Source of the DNA: Mytilus trossulus
Lineage: Eukaryota
Length of the DNA stretch: 64,000 nt
Assembly (NCBI RefSeq): GCF_036588685.1
Contig: NC_086379.1
Location: forward strand, 36,642,001-36,706,000
Direction: 5' to 3'
Under the pieces are notes generated by a model. That model had not been told where the DNA came from and made no database searches. It was given only the letters and a program-made list of their open reading frames with translations. Below, piece after piece: positions 25,736 to 38,740 of the stretch (position 1 is its first letter; every line of letters begins with the position of its first letter). The position numbers were made by a program, and so were the translations under genes.

Positions 25736-28325
25736 TATGTCCAAACTATTTCTAAAGATCAGCAACACATGTTGACTTTAAAAAAAATTATTTTCCTGCA
25801 TTGCAAATTGGTCTTGAGTTTCAATAATTATTGCTTTTGAAAGTCAACTGTCAAATCACAAATGGTTCTACGTAAAGATACCCTTCTGCAACATTTTCAT
25901 TTCAGGTATTGATCCATTTGACCAAACTACATAGTAATATTTTAACAAACAGAGATAAAAACTTTAGAAAGAAGATCTTGAGATATGCCCAAGTCCAAGC
26001 TTTGCAATAGGATACCAAATAATCATTTCTGGTAATTTACAATGCCATAAGATACTTTAACTTCTCTTTAAGTATAATCGAAATGAAATCAGCTGCTTTA
26101 TTAAATAACAAATATAAATCTAAGCAGATACTGTTTTAATGCATAGGCAATTGAAATCTGAAAATCTCTTTTCCAACTGTAAATTTTAATGAATAATTGT
26201 ACTTGTGAACTTTTTTACAACATGGAAATATCCAAATCAAGTACAAAATTATAGTAACCATGTAATGTAGTTAATTCTAGGAAGTTTATATCAAAGAACA
26301 AACAACAGCTGTGTGTTATTTTGGTTGCTGAGTTTAAATTATAATTTACTTTGAATCAATATTCAGCCTATTATGAATAAACGGATTTATAAAATTAATG
26401 CTGACATTTATCTGGAAAGTTAACCTGACGGTGAACTTGCTTTACATGGAAAACCCTGAGAGCCAGAGTATTGGCATTTCCTGGAAACATCAATAAAGGC
26501 TGATTTTTTTTATAACACATATAACAAAGGAATACTAGAACTTAATTGTAAATAAACAAAATTAATTTATCATTCTTTGAATTTTCATTTGATTTTCAGA
26601 ATCAAATTGTCATCAATATTTTATCATTAAACAGATTTTGTACATTATATCATTATACAAACACCACCATTAGGTCATAACACTTTCTATTTTATTTTTA
26701 AATTAAATAGATTAGCCTGTATCAAGAATGGGCTGAAAAATTCAAAAGTTAACAATCACTGAAATGTCACACCTGCCTTACTGATTATGACTGATATGAT
26801 GCTAAAAACCTTTGAGATCAAAGTCTTACTACAGTTACAGGTATCACAAAAACTTAACATTGACATTTTAAACACATAAAATAAAGATCAAAGCAAGGTG
26901 AAACCTGCTCAACAGAGATTTATATTTTGCCATTTTTCTTTATATCAAATATATTGCCCTGGTTTAAGTCAAAACTAAAATAAATTCTTTGATAATTTTG
27001 TTAAGGAAGTTTTAAACCCTATAGCTTTTTATGCAGTGAGAGAGATGTTCCAAAAAATAAAACAATTAATATCTATGTCAGCCTACCTTTATCATTCCTT
27101 CACACAACTCAATAATAATTAGATTGTTCCCTTATCAAGCTTGCTTTTAGTACTAGTATGTGAAAATACTAGTAAAGTGTGGACACAAAAAAAGGAAGAA
27201 TGGTCATTGGTAACATTTAATAATGCCCTTTTGGTTTAGCTGCAGGGGGCCTAAAATGTATTATAATTACAGGGATCTTTATCATGCTCCCTCCTTAGAC
27301 AATGAAAAATAAGGGTAATTAATTGTGATCTTGGACCAACAGCCAGCTGAAAAACAAATGATTAAATATCTGTATATAAGATGTTTATTATCTGATTTTT
27401 CTACAACCAGTTTACATGTTTACTATTGTTGCTACTGAATTAACATTCTTCGACATGCAATGAAGATCAGACAAAAATGCAGACATACAAACATTGATTA
27501 AGGATGCTTTGAAAACTTATCTTAGTAATATTTGACAGATGGTATCAAAGTCTATGTACAGTGTGTTATCAGTTCGATTAAATAATCAGTCAAACCAACC
27601 AAAAAATAACATATATTAATTAGGATATACAACAATGATTTCTATTTAATTCATCTGGAAGCTCGTGTATGATACTTATGATACAATCATCATACCTTAT
27701 GGCTCGTGTCTGATACAATCACCAGGCTTTTACACTGTGCAAGATGTAATTATCAAGCTTTATGGCTCGTGTCTGATAATATCATCAGGCTTCAATGGTT
27801 TTGTTACCATATTTGAGCAACCCAAATTGAGCCATGATATTAAAGAAGAATATTTAATGTATACACCGAATCAAATAAGCTTCAATGTCCTTGTCCCAAT
27901 ATATCGCATGTAATTTAGAGGTTGCTGATTTTGTATATTTTCTGTTCATTATTTTAGCATCAACTATTATGTGTGATAATTTAATGTTGTGTTTCTGTTG
28001 TGTTGTAGAAGTTTTGTTAATTGTTGAAGGAGGTACTATAATCTGTAGTTGCAGATATAAAACATCTTTATAGAACTGGTATGTACTATTCATAGAGCTT
28101 TTGGCTTTTCTTATTTTTGTTCCATGATGACCCTTTGGGCTTGGGTAATACTTTTGAAGGTAAATAATATATGCACTGTAAATAATAATTTCTTTAGAAG
28201 GATATTTATGATTTAAACAAAAATAATAGAGGCTTTATACAGATTTTCCACAGTTGGCACCTATGACAACATACCTGGTACCAGTGTTTTATAAACTGAC
28301 ATATTCCTACTGTAGGATACCTTAC

Positions 28326-28368
28326 CTTTCTTTGGTCACCACTGTACATGCTATTAAGTCACTGTTAT
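28326..28368 (-). CDS. CLEC16A: CLEC16A 43-nt exon (N-NSDLIACTVVTKE-R)
   Basis: tattacag acceptor, GTAAGG donor; phase 1 to 2 fits both neighbours; matches conserved NNSDLIACTV motif. Confidence 0.95.
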
Positions 28369-30036
28369 CTGTAATACAAAATATGTATCTTAATTACAAT
28401 AAGCTGACATAGTAACAGAGAATCTAAAATCATTTAATAACTGTTTTTGAGACATTGCTGATATAAACTTATAACATAATATTCATAAGAATCTGTCATG
28501 TACTGTCCATGAACAGTGGATGAAAGGTAGATGTATGCCAGGCATTTATATATCTCCTACACTATTTTGTGTGGGAAACATTGTGATGACTGCTATACTT
28601 AATCTTATATCACCTCATTAGAAAGTTAATTTGAAGGTATTGTACAAAATTGTATAACATAAACTTAAAAGAGATATAAGAAAATCAAGAAACAAATTTC
28701 AGTGCAAGTTTTATTGTTTATCAGTAAATTGAAGATCAAACATACATATTTTTTACCTAGAGTAAAATCTTTTGTAATACTCGAAAAACTAACTATATTA
28801 TTTGACAGATGATAATACTGTTTTTTTTTTAAATTGGTTTAAAAATAACTTTCCTTTTTTTCATGGAAATCTTGATGTTTTTTTATGATCTGTTTTACAA
28901 CCTTTTAATTGATTTGGATGTGGTCTATTATATTCTAATTTGACCTATACAAATGTATTCAATTAAAAGAAAACAAATCTTGTAAAAAATCTTCTAAGGA
29001 GGTATCAGTTTTCTCCAAGGTGTAAAATAATAGGCCTTTAGTTCTTAAATGACGCAAAACCATTCTTCTAAAAAGATTTTTATCCTATCTATGTCTACCT
29101 ACATAGGTGAATTGGTAAGCAATCAAATGTTTATATCATAATAATGATAATGACAAAATATTAGACATGTAACTAATAATTACAAGAAGATTTCTATTTT
29201 GATGTATGCTACCTTTTTATATTCTTTCAAGACAAATTCAGTTTAAAAGTATTTCATTCAGTCTTGTGAAAGTAATAAGAGAAATAAAATTTGTCAAGAT
29301 GCTCATATTGGTCACTCTTATTTTTCATAATCAAAATTTTTTTTATAAAACAATATAACAATGAATCAAATAAACCTTTCAGCAATCTTGCTTATTTTAA
29401 TTCAGGAAGTTGTCCATTTCTTAAATATCCCTGAATGAAATAAAAATACTTCTGAGAAGTTTCTAGACAATATTTTTAACTAGGCGACTTTTTTTTACTC
29501 TGTTTGAATGTACTCAACCACCTTGCAAAATCAATTGTTTTTGTCATTACGTTGCATTTTGTATATGCTATCTCTTAATCAGGGTCATCTAAGTTTGGTC
29601 TTTTAATTTCATTCAAACTTTAGTTTAGATACAAAATCATCTGTTACATAATCTAAGTACAATTTACATTGAACTTAAAGTGTCAGAATATGACCCTAAA
29701 TTGAAAGTTAAAATATTCAATTATTACCACCAACAATATTTAATTTAAATTGATATAATTTAAGATTATTTACAATTATTCCTTAGCAGGGTCATGTGCT
29801 ACAGTTTAATATTAGACAGTACTATTTGTAGTTGCTTAAAAATATTCAAAAAAAAAGTCGCACAAGAAGGGGTTATCTTCAGTTTGCGGAAGAGTTTCAA
29901 ACTTTTCTTGATATTGAAACACTTTAAGTGTATCTGTAGACAGACCCACTATCCAATTGCTTTTGTTGATGTAGTAAACATAAGTGGTTAGTAGGAACTG
30001 GCTTTGCTAAGACTGAAACATTTTCAGCTGTTTTTG

Positions 30037-30372
30037 AATGCCTCTGCTGGTGGACGTTTCGTCCCCGAGGGTATCACCAGCCCAATAGTCAGCACTTCAG
30101 TGTTGACATGAATATCAATTATGTGGTCATTTATATAAACTTCCTGTTTTCAAACTTTGAATTTTTTGAAAAACTAAGGATTTTCTTTTCCCAGGCATAG
30201 ATTATCTTAGCCACATTTGGCACAACTGTTTGGAATTTTGGATCCTCAATGCTCTTCAACTTGTATTTGTTTGGTTTATAACTATTTTGATATGAGTGTC
30301 ACTGATGAGTCTTATTTAGACGAAACGTGCATCTGGCATACTAAATTATAATCCTGGTACCATTCATAACTA
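30037..30372 (+). mobile_element. Retrozyme-type element (related subfamily), near full monomer
   Basis: Colinear with 6400-6725 (ccccgagggtatcaccagccc, tcctcaatgctcttcaactt, hammerhead, atcctggta). Confidence 0.85.
30297..30338 (+). ncRNA. Minimal type-I hammerhead ribozyme motif
   Basis: UGUCA-CUGAUGA(30302)-GUCU uauuu AGAC-GAAA(30322)-CGUGCA-UC-UGGCA; helix I UGUCA/UGGCA fully paired. Confidence 0.88.
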
Positions 30373-30778
30373 AAGAGAGTTACAATGTGGCAAATCTTCA
30401 ACAGATCTACCACCATCTATAGAAACATGGAAATGTTCTCTTATATTTACAATTTGCAGAATGAATTAAAATTTGTGATTTCAGATTGGTAATTATTTTA
30501 TGTACAGTTTAAGCCCTACAAATTCATTTCCTATGAAACATTAGTTTTATATCTGTATAATAACTCTTACTGCGGATATCATGATAATAAAACTGCTGTG
30601 AATATTTCCTTGTTCACAGAAGACAAAACTTAGGAAATCATTTGAAATTAGGATGGTATCTTCCTTACGCAAAGCTTTGTTAACTTGCCCAGGCTTGGCT
30701 ATATCATATCATTTGATTTATTTCTGCTCTTTAAAGCTTATATTAGGTATTGGATTTCCATATTTATTTGGTTTGTAG

Positions 30779-30820
30779 TGTCACTGAAAAGACATTATTT
30801 GTTGAAATGCACATCTGGTG
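30779..30820 (+). ncRNA. Degenerate hammerhead motif of a second lineage
   Basis: UGUCA-CUGAAAA-GACA uuauu UGUU-GAAA-UGCACA-UC-UGGUG; different stem II; one core substitution. Confidence 0.65.
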
Positions 30821-32437
30821 CAGATAAAAATTGTACATGTACATCTAAATGATTTTAATTTTCTATCATATCTTCTATAGCAGTTTCCTATTTCTAATGA
30901 AACATACAGGAATCCAATGACACAAACTTGTCAATTTTTGTTGATTCATTCATATTCCTAGAATAACAATTTGTGTTGCTTTCATTGTTAAGGAAAAGGC
31001 ATAAATTCCAATACTGGATTGTATACATTTAAAAAAGTTATTTTTATAGAGTCAAATAAGTAAAACAGGAAACAAGGTACCATCTAAATAGTAAATCTTC
31101 CTTCAACCAAAAAATATATATCAATGAAACTAAACTAGTCCATAATAATTATGATAATTAAGTTAGGTGTAAATCTTACATTACTTATATAATTTCATGT
31201 ATAAAGTTAATTTTTTATTGATCAATTTGCTGTTGGGATAACAAATAAATATTGAAGTCCAAAATTATTTTTTTTAAAGTAAGAAGTATTGCTTAAACGT
31301 CACTCATAAACAGAGCAACTAAAGAATGCTTTTTTCTATCAAGTAAATTAGTTCTCTGTCAAACTAAGACAAATAAATGTACATTTCATATACTGAGTTT
31401 AATTACACGAACAAGTTTTTAATCTGTTGTCAAGCAAACACCATACATGGATAATGCTAATACCTGGAAATTTGTCAACATACATTACTTAATTCCAGGT
31501 AAAACAGTATATGAACTATATCCCTCCTAGTTAAGGAGATATGTGCATATAAACTATCAGTTAATAAAATGAACTAATTTTATGTTCCCAAATCTGGACT
31601 CACACATAAAAAGTTTCTTAAAGGTCAACAAATCGACTTACTTAGAACTGTAAATGTTATCAATATCTATAAGAAACATTTTTTGTTCCAAAATATGCAC
31701 TTAAAAAGCGACAAAAAGGTCAACAAATAGACCAAGTTCTATAAAATGTTCTCATCTACCACTGGCACACACAAGAATTATTACCTTTTATTAATAACTT
31801 TTTTTCCTATTATTCTTTTTGAATTTTCCCCATAAAAATTTGATGGTAATCCTCAATTTTTTTTAATCACAAAATTAGAATAATGAAAACCTAGACAGAG
31901 TTTTACACTTCACAATACATTGCATACATTTTTTAAAACCATTCTTATATGTTGCAAACATAACATTTTTTAATCCAAAGAATAAAAAAATTATTCTTGT
32001 AAATACAATTGCTTACAATTTTCTAAATCTCTTTCATATGGTAAATATACATGACATATCTTATTAATTGAAGAAATAAGTTGAAGAAATAATAGGATCC
32101 GGAAACAAGTTGTTCACTTATTTTAATTTGTTTCCTAAAAACTTTCATATATTGCAAAATGAACAAGTGTTTGTACTATTTCATGGCACATATTAAAAGA
32201 ATTAAAGATTAAAGACTTAATTTTTCTATTCTTAGTTTTTGGGGACAATGATTAATTGTTCTCAAGGAAAAAGTCCTAACTTCTTATGTTTTGCTTCATT
32301 CAATGAAGAATAATTTCCTTAACAACAGTGCAAAGTTGTAAAATTTAGAACCTTACAGTGCTTTTTACTTCTAAAATATTTTTCAAGATACACACATTTA
32401 AGAAAAATCTAACAAACCATGGATACGTTTATTTTAA

Positions 32438-32647
32438 GGGGAAAGACCTTGGTTCAGGGAGATAACTCTTAAAATCAGTTATGCGTTTGTAAAAGTCAAG
32501 TATCATCATTGTATTTTAAGCATTTACCTGAAACAGATTGGAAATAAATCTATGTAACCTAGAAGCTTAGAATATATTTATGAAAATGGTTGACACGAAC
32601 GTACTGATGATTTTAAGAGTTATTTCTCTTAACCTAGGTCTACCTCC
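32438..32647. mobile_element. TTAA-flanked MITE (Kolobok-type) with ~40-bp imperfect TIRs
   Basis: TTAA|GGGGAAAGACCTTGGTTCAGGGAGATAACTCTTAAAATCA versus right end reverse complement GGAGGTAGACCTAGGTTAAGAGAAATAACTCTTAAAATCA, then TTAA. Confidence 0.8.
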
Positions 32648-34268
32648 TTAATTGGTTTAAATTTTCATGAATTAATATTTTTTGGATATCTGATTTCGTG
32701 GATATAAAATAATTATATATACTAAGTTGCATATTCAAAGTCATGATATACTTAAACTATAGTTGTGTAAATCTTCCAAATCCACAAAATTGGCACAAAA
32801 CACATTATAGAATCTACAGTTTTATTTTAAGATTGTGTCAACCGTTACTTATCAAAATTTTGGGGGATTGCAACACAACTATTATTTAGAAAACCAGTCT
32901 TAATGATCTACTGTCATTTGATTTTTTCATTACAAGATACTAGATATCCTGTTAATTGATTTTTTTAGCTACATGATACTAATGAAACTGCTGAAAGATT
33001 TCTTGATAAACCAATACTGAAAAATAGGGGAAATTACCTTTTCTTTAAACATTTTTATGAGAATTTCCATTAGGATCTTTTGAAATTTAAAAAAAGGAAG
33101 TGGCAAAAATATACAATGACTTAATATGTACATATTTTATTTCCTTGTGACCTTGTTAGTGTATTTAAACAAGTAAGCTCTTTACAAACAAAACTTTTTT
33201 TCCTTAAAACTGCATTTCTTAGAAATGTAATTTTTCACGTTTGGTTTGTTTGTAAAGATCATATCCTCTTATCTTGATTGAACTTGATAGATAAACATAT
33301 CTTATCTTACAGCACACTTATTTTTAAACTTTAAGTTCAAGGCAAACCTTCTCAATACAAAGTTAATTCAAACAAAAAAATACAGATATGAAAATTTTCA
33401 AAGAAATATCAATTTCATTGCATTCAAAAGATGACCTTCTCTCAATATATACATTAATAAGGGGTGAAAAAAATATCAACTATCAAACTTTAAAATCAAC
33501 AAATGCCAATGGATAGAATTTTGTAAATACAATGAAGTATCACATATTATTTTCATGTCTGCAAGATTTTATTAGAACTGAATTGTTCAATATACCCTCC
33601 TCCTTCCCAAGATTGGGTGAAAAAAGATCTTAAACACCATGAATAGGTATTTTGTTTTACTTACTTTTTATGATATGTCATGAAATATCCTTTTAACTAG
33701 ACACTACAGACATTTATAACATGCTTTATTAGGAAAATGACCAAAAAACAATTAAAATTTATACTTTTATAACTATTTTTTTTCAACAACTTTGCTTTTG
33801 TTGAATAGTACTTTGAAAAAGTAAAGATGAACTTAAAGCATATTTTTTTTCCAACATATATATTTGAGAAGACAACTACAAAGCACAGGTGACAGTTTGA
33901 TTAGTTTGAGATTGTTCTGAATCGATCGTCTGGCAGTCTTGTTTTAAGGATGTTTTAAGCTGTTGAACATCAGAGCACAGTTTTTATAGAAAACAAGGAA
34001 AGTGCAGAACTTGTGGGGGCAAGCTTTTATCAGGAATTGAACAGTATATGATTTATATATTTGAGAATGATTCTTTTATGATTTCAAAATGTAAACTTGT
34101 CACCATTGAAGTCTGCATTATCAATTTCACACATTTCCCATGTTTTCCAAATAGAGTTGGCTTTGACAATCCATGGCTCCAACATAGCATATGAAAAGGT
34201 TATTATAGGTCAATAATATAAGGCTAATGTCATATAAAGCATAACACCAAATAACTAACAGTACTTAC

Positions 34269-34389
34269 TGAGATCTAAAATGTCTGATACTTTAATGCAG
34301 GAATCTTCTTTGGTTAGGGGTAGCTGACCTTCTATCTCTTGTAACAAAGTTAATGATAAGTCCCTCACCAAGAAAAACACTCTTATTGC
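34269..34389 (-). CDS. CLEC16A: CLEC16A internal exon (AIRVFFLVRDLSLTLLQEIEGQLPLTKEDSCIKVSDILDL+1 nt), most 5' exon seen in window
   Basis: Hand translation; cattttcag acceptor and GTAAGT donor; 121 nt (phase 0 to 1); closely resembles the vertebrate CLEC16A segment AIRVFFMLRSLSL...QLPLTREEDLIKTDDVLDLN. Confidence 0.95.
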
Positions 34390-37300
34390 CTGAAAATGAA
34401 AGATAAACAACATGAATACATTATTTCAGTCTTTCAGTTGACCTTCACCCCCAATATGTTTTTTGATAGCTAACATCTGGAGACATCTGTATTATAAAAC
34501 AGTACACTACAGTTACCTATATAATTGTTCAATTCTGTAAGACAGCTATAAGCCCATAACTAGTTTAAATTGGACATTTGAATAATTTATTCCTGGCTTG
34601 CTCGATACGAGAATCTGTCCCACTTGAACTTTTGACTTCATACACTGATCACTTTTCCATTGTGGTGTCAGATATTTTGTTTTATGATGTCAAAATTTTA
34701 CATGGAAGCCACTGCTGTTGCAACACTTTAAAACCATCTTTTATCAAATTCAACATAGGTAGTCATGGACGATTAAAACCATCACTGTTGTAATTTTAAT
34801 TTTACAAGATTTTAAATTCCTTAGAAGCTCTTTTTTATTCATAATTGATTCAATGAAAGAGACATCAGGGCATATACATATCAATAATGATAGTGAAATA
34901 CTTCATTTTCAAAGAATACTGTTGAAGAATTCTTTAACTCTTAAAAATTTTACATTTTGTGTAAAAAATTATGTTTTAACAAATTAAGTTATAAGTTACT
35001 TTTTGATATTATAATATTATTTGCAAAATTTTACATGGTGCTTTATAACTGAAAATTTCATTCCAGTCCAAGGCATTGATTGAAAAATTTGCATTAGGAA
35101 AAGCTTTATACATTTGAAACTTTTATTTTCTATATCTTTTTAATATTCACAAAACAGTTACAAACACTGCTACTTTTACACTTATACACACAAAAGTTTA
35201 CATATGAGGGATTAACCAAGGATGATAAAGTGTTATCCTTTCAAACTGTTCATCTACAGTTAGGGACAATGTGAAAAATGCATAACAACTTTTGCATCTT
35301 CAACCTGAGGTTTTCCTAAGGTTTACTTGCAAATTTTTCTGTTATTTATTTTAAAGTTTACTTCAGACAATAAAACACCTGAGAGCATAGACATATACAT
35401 GGAGTATTGAGCACTTTCCCCTACAATAAATAAATGATGACACATACCATATCAGAAAACATGTGCATAAGATCAATAAATTAATTTTAATTTCCAAGAA
35501 ATTGTCTTACATAATACTTGGCTCATTATTGATCATTGTAAAGTTTGCTTTTTTTTTAAATTTTAGAGGTATATCCTGTCTATTTTCAGGATATCAAATA
35601 ATTGTGGTTTTATGGTCTGCTATACATAACTATAACTAATACATGTGGTCTGTTCTATTTGTTAAAAAATGTCTACATTTTTTTTCATTTCTTTTAAATA
35701 ACGGCAAGACAGTACAATGAATTCCCAAAAGTTGTTTAATGACTCACAAAATTCAAAGTCCATTATTTTCCGATGCATTTTGATGATATCAGTAAATTAA
35801 ACAAAAGCAATTGTTTTAGAATGAATAAAACTATTTTATTATTTGAGTAAATCATACTTATTCAGTGGACTTTATTACCTAATTAAAGAAAATGTAAATT
35901 TATGTATGCTTTTACAACAAACTACTTTGTAACTAAAATAAGTGTTCCTAGAAGCTCATCTACATTTATGTCTACTTATAAAATCTTCACCAAATTTGCC
36001 CTCTTGAAAACTGTAAGTGACTGACATATTCGTTATAATGGAAACTGCATGGAATTTATAATGGCCAGCAAGTTATTATTCACTATAATTGGGATAAAAT
36101 GTGATAAATAAAGGCAACAGTAGTATACCACTGTTCAAAACTCATAAATATATGGACAAAAAACAAAATTGTGGTAACAAACTAAAACTGAGGGAAGCGC
36201 ATGAAATATAAGAGGAGAACAACAACACATCATTAAAATTTAACACACACAGAAACAGACTAAGCATTAGACAAATGATTTATGAATCTTGCTTGAAGTT
36301 TTTGTGTTATCTACACTAGTTCAATGTAATAAAAAAACAAAATATACCAAAAAAGTACAGCAAGATTTGATAGTGATTCTGGGATTTTATGTAGATAATT
36401 AAAAAAAAAAGAATAATCAACCACACCAAAAGGTCAACTGATGTATATAGTTTTTTTTCTTAAATAGTAGTTTAGGTTTGAATGTGCATGATGAAGCTAA
36501 TTAATCCAGAAAGGCATAATTTCAGACAGACACATTTTAAAAAGTTTTTATTCATTCTAGAGTTGCAAGAATATTCTTTGTTTCTCGTGGTTATACAATT
36601 ATTATTTTCAGTTCAATGCTGTTCAAATTATTAAACACTAAATTGCAAATAACTTCCACTTTTAAATATCTTATTACATATAATTAATAAACCAAAATAA
36701 TGTTGAATTACTTAGAAAACTGAAGACATAATCTTGCCAGCAAGTATGTACCATAAATAAAATTTCTTAGTAGCATTTTATTCAAAAAAGATTTCATGAA
36801 AAGACACAAGGGCATAAAAGTATCAATAATAATTAACAATTGTGAAACATTTCATTTTCAATGAAAATACTGTTGGATAGACACTCTCTAACTCTTCCAA
36901 ATTTTACATTTCAGTGTAAAACATTATGTTTTAACCTAGTCATAATTTTTTTATATTCATAATGATATAATATGAAAATCTATACATTGTGTTTAATAAC
37001 TGTAAATTTCATTTCATTTAGAGGCATGCATGCATTGGAAAAATTTGCATTCAGAAAAGCTACCCATTTGAAACTCCATGTTTCTACAATTTTATATTAC
37101 ATTTATGAAAAAGTTACATGCTCTGCTACTTTAATGCTAAACAGAATAAAAATGCATCAATGGATAAGCCAAGATGAATAAATAAAGGCAACAGTATAGT
37201 ATACCGCTGTTCAAAACGTGTTAATCTGTGGACAAAAAACAAAATTAGGGTAACAAACTAAAACTGAGGGAAAGACATAAAACAACGACACAACATTAAA

Positions 37301-38740
37301 ATGTAACACACACAGAAACAGACTAAGCATTAGACAAAATCCAATGAGAATAACAAATATAACATCAAAACCAAATACTTGAATTTGGGAAAGAAAAGTA
37401 CCGTGACACGTTTGAAAGAGTATTTAGCCTCACAAACTGATCATTGACATACATAAATGTCAAAGTGAAAAAATTGTGAAACTACATGCGGTAGCTATAA
37501 AACAAGGTTTAAGTGACCATTTTCTATATAAGGAAATGCGTGTACCTACTTCCTAGTCAGGAATATTGCAGTTGTTTCTAATCCATTTGATGTGTTTTTT
37601 CCATGGGATTTTGTCTGATGCTTGGTACGTTTCTATGTGTGTTACATTTCAGTGTTGTGTCGTTGTTCTCCTTTTTTTTTTAATGCGTTTCCCTCGGTTT
37701 TAGTTTTTTACCCCGATTTTGTTTTTTGTCCATGTATTTATGAGTTTTGAACAGCAGTATACTACTGTTGCCTTTATTTAGCTTTTGAATTTACCTTGGA
37801 GTTCCATATTTTTTATTTTTTTATTTTGTATTGCATCTTTAACCTGGTACATTTCTGTTAATGCTTTTAAACTTGATCAAGATGACTTCAGACAATAAAA
37901 CACCCTGAGAGCATAGACATAGACATGGAGTATTGAGCACTTTCTACAACCGTAAATAAATGATAAAACGTTTCTTATCAGACAATCTGTGCATAAGATC
38001 AATAAATTAATTTTAATTTCTTAGAAATTTTCTTACATAATACTTGGCTCATTATTGATCATTGTTAAGTTTGCATTTTTTTTTAACCAATTCTAAAGGT
38101 ATATCCTGTCTATTTTCAGGATATCAAATAATTGTGGTTTTATGGTCTGATATACATAGCTATAATTAATACATGTGGTCTGTGCCAATTGTTAAAACAA
38201 AAGTCTACAATTTTTTTTTTTAAATAAAAGCAAGACAGAACAATGAATTTCCAAAAGTTGTTTAATGAGTCAAAAAATCTAGTATTTTTTCAGACAATGA
38301 ATTCACGAAAGTCAGAATTCCTTTATTTTCAAATGCATTTTTAAGATATCAGTAAAATAAACAAAAAAATTTGTTTAAGAATGAAATATAAATTTTGTTA
38401 GTTAATTTAACTTTACTTATTCAGGGAACTTCTCTCCCTAATTACAGTCAATGTTGTAAAGGTGGCATGGAAGTATTTACATTATGGAATTAAGATTGCT
38501 CTTACTAATAAAAGTCAATGTATCAACTGAACATACTTTCCAAAGCTAAAGGAATTCAGGAGTGGGAAAATATGAAACATTTTTTTAAATGCAGGTGAAA
38601 ATGAATTTTTGAGAATTTTGTATATATTGCTATAATTGCAGGATAAAAGACCTTAAAGGACTAGTGGCCTTATAAGTTTATGAATATAGTGAAAAAAGTT
38701 AACTGTCATAACACATATTTACTTTCAATTCTGAATTTTA

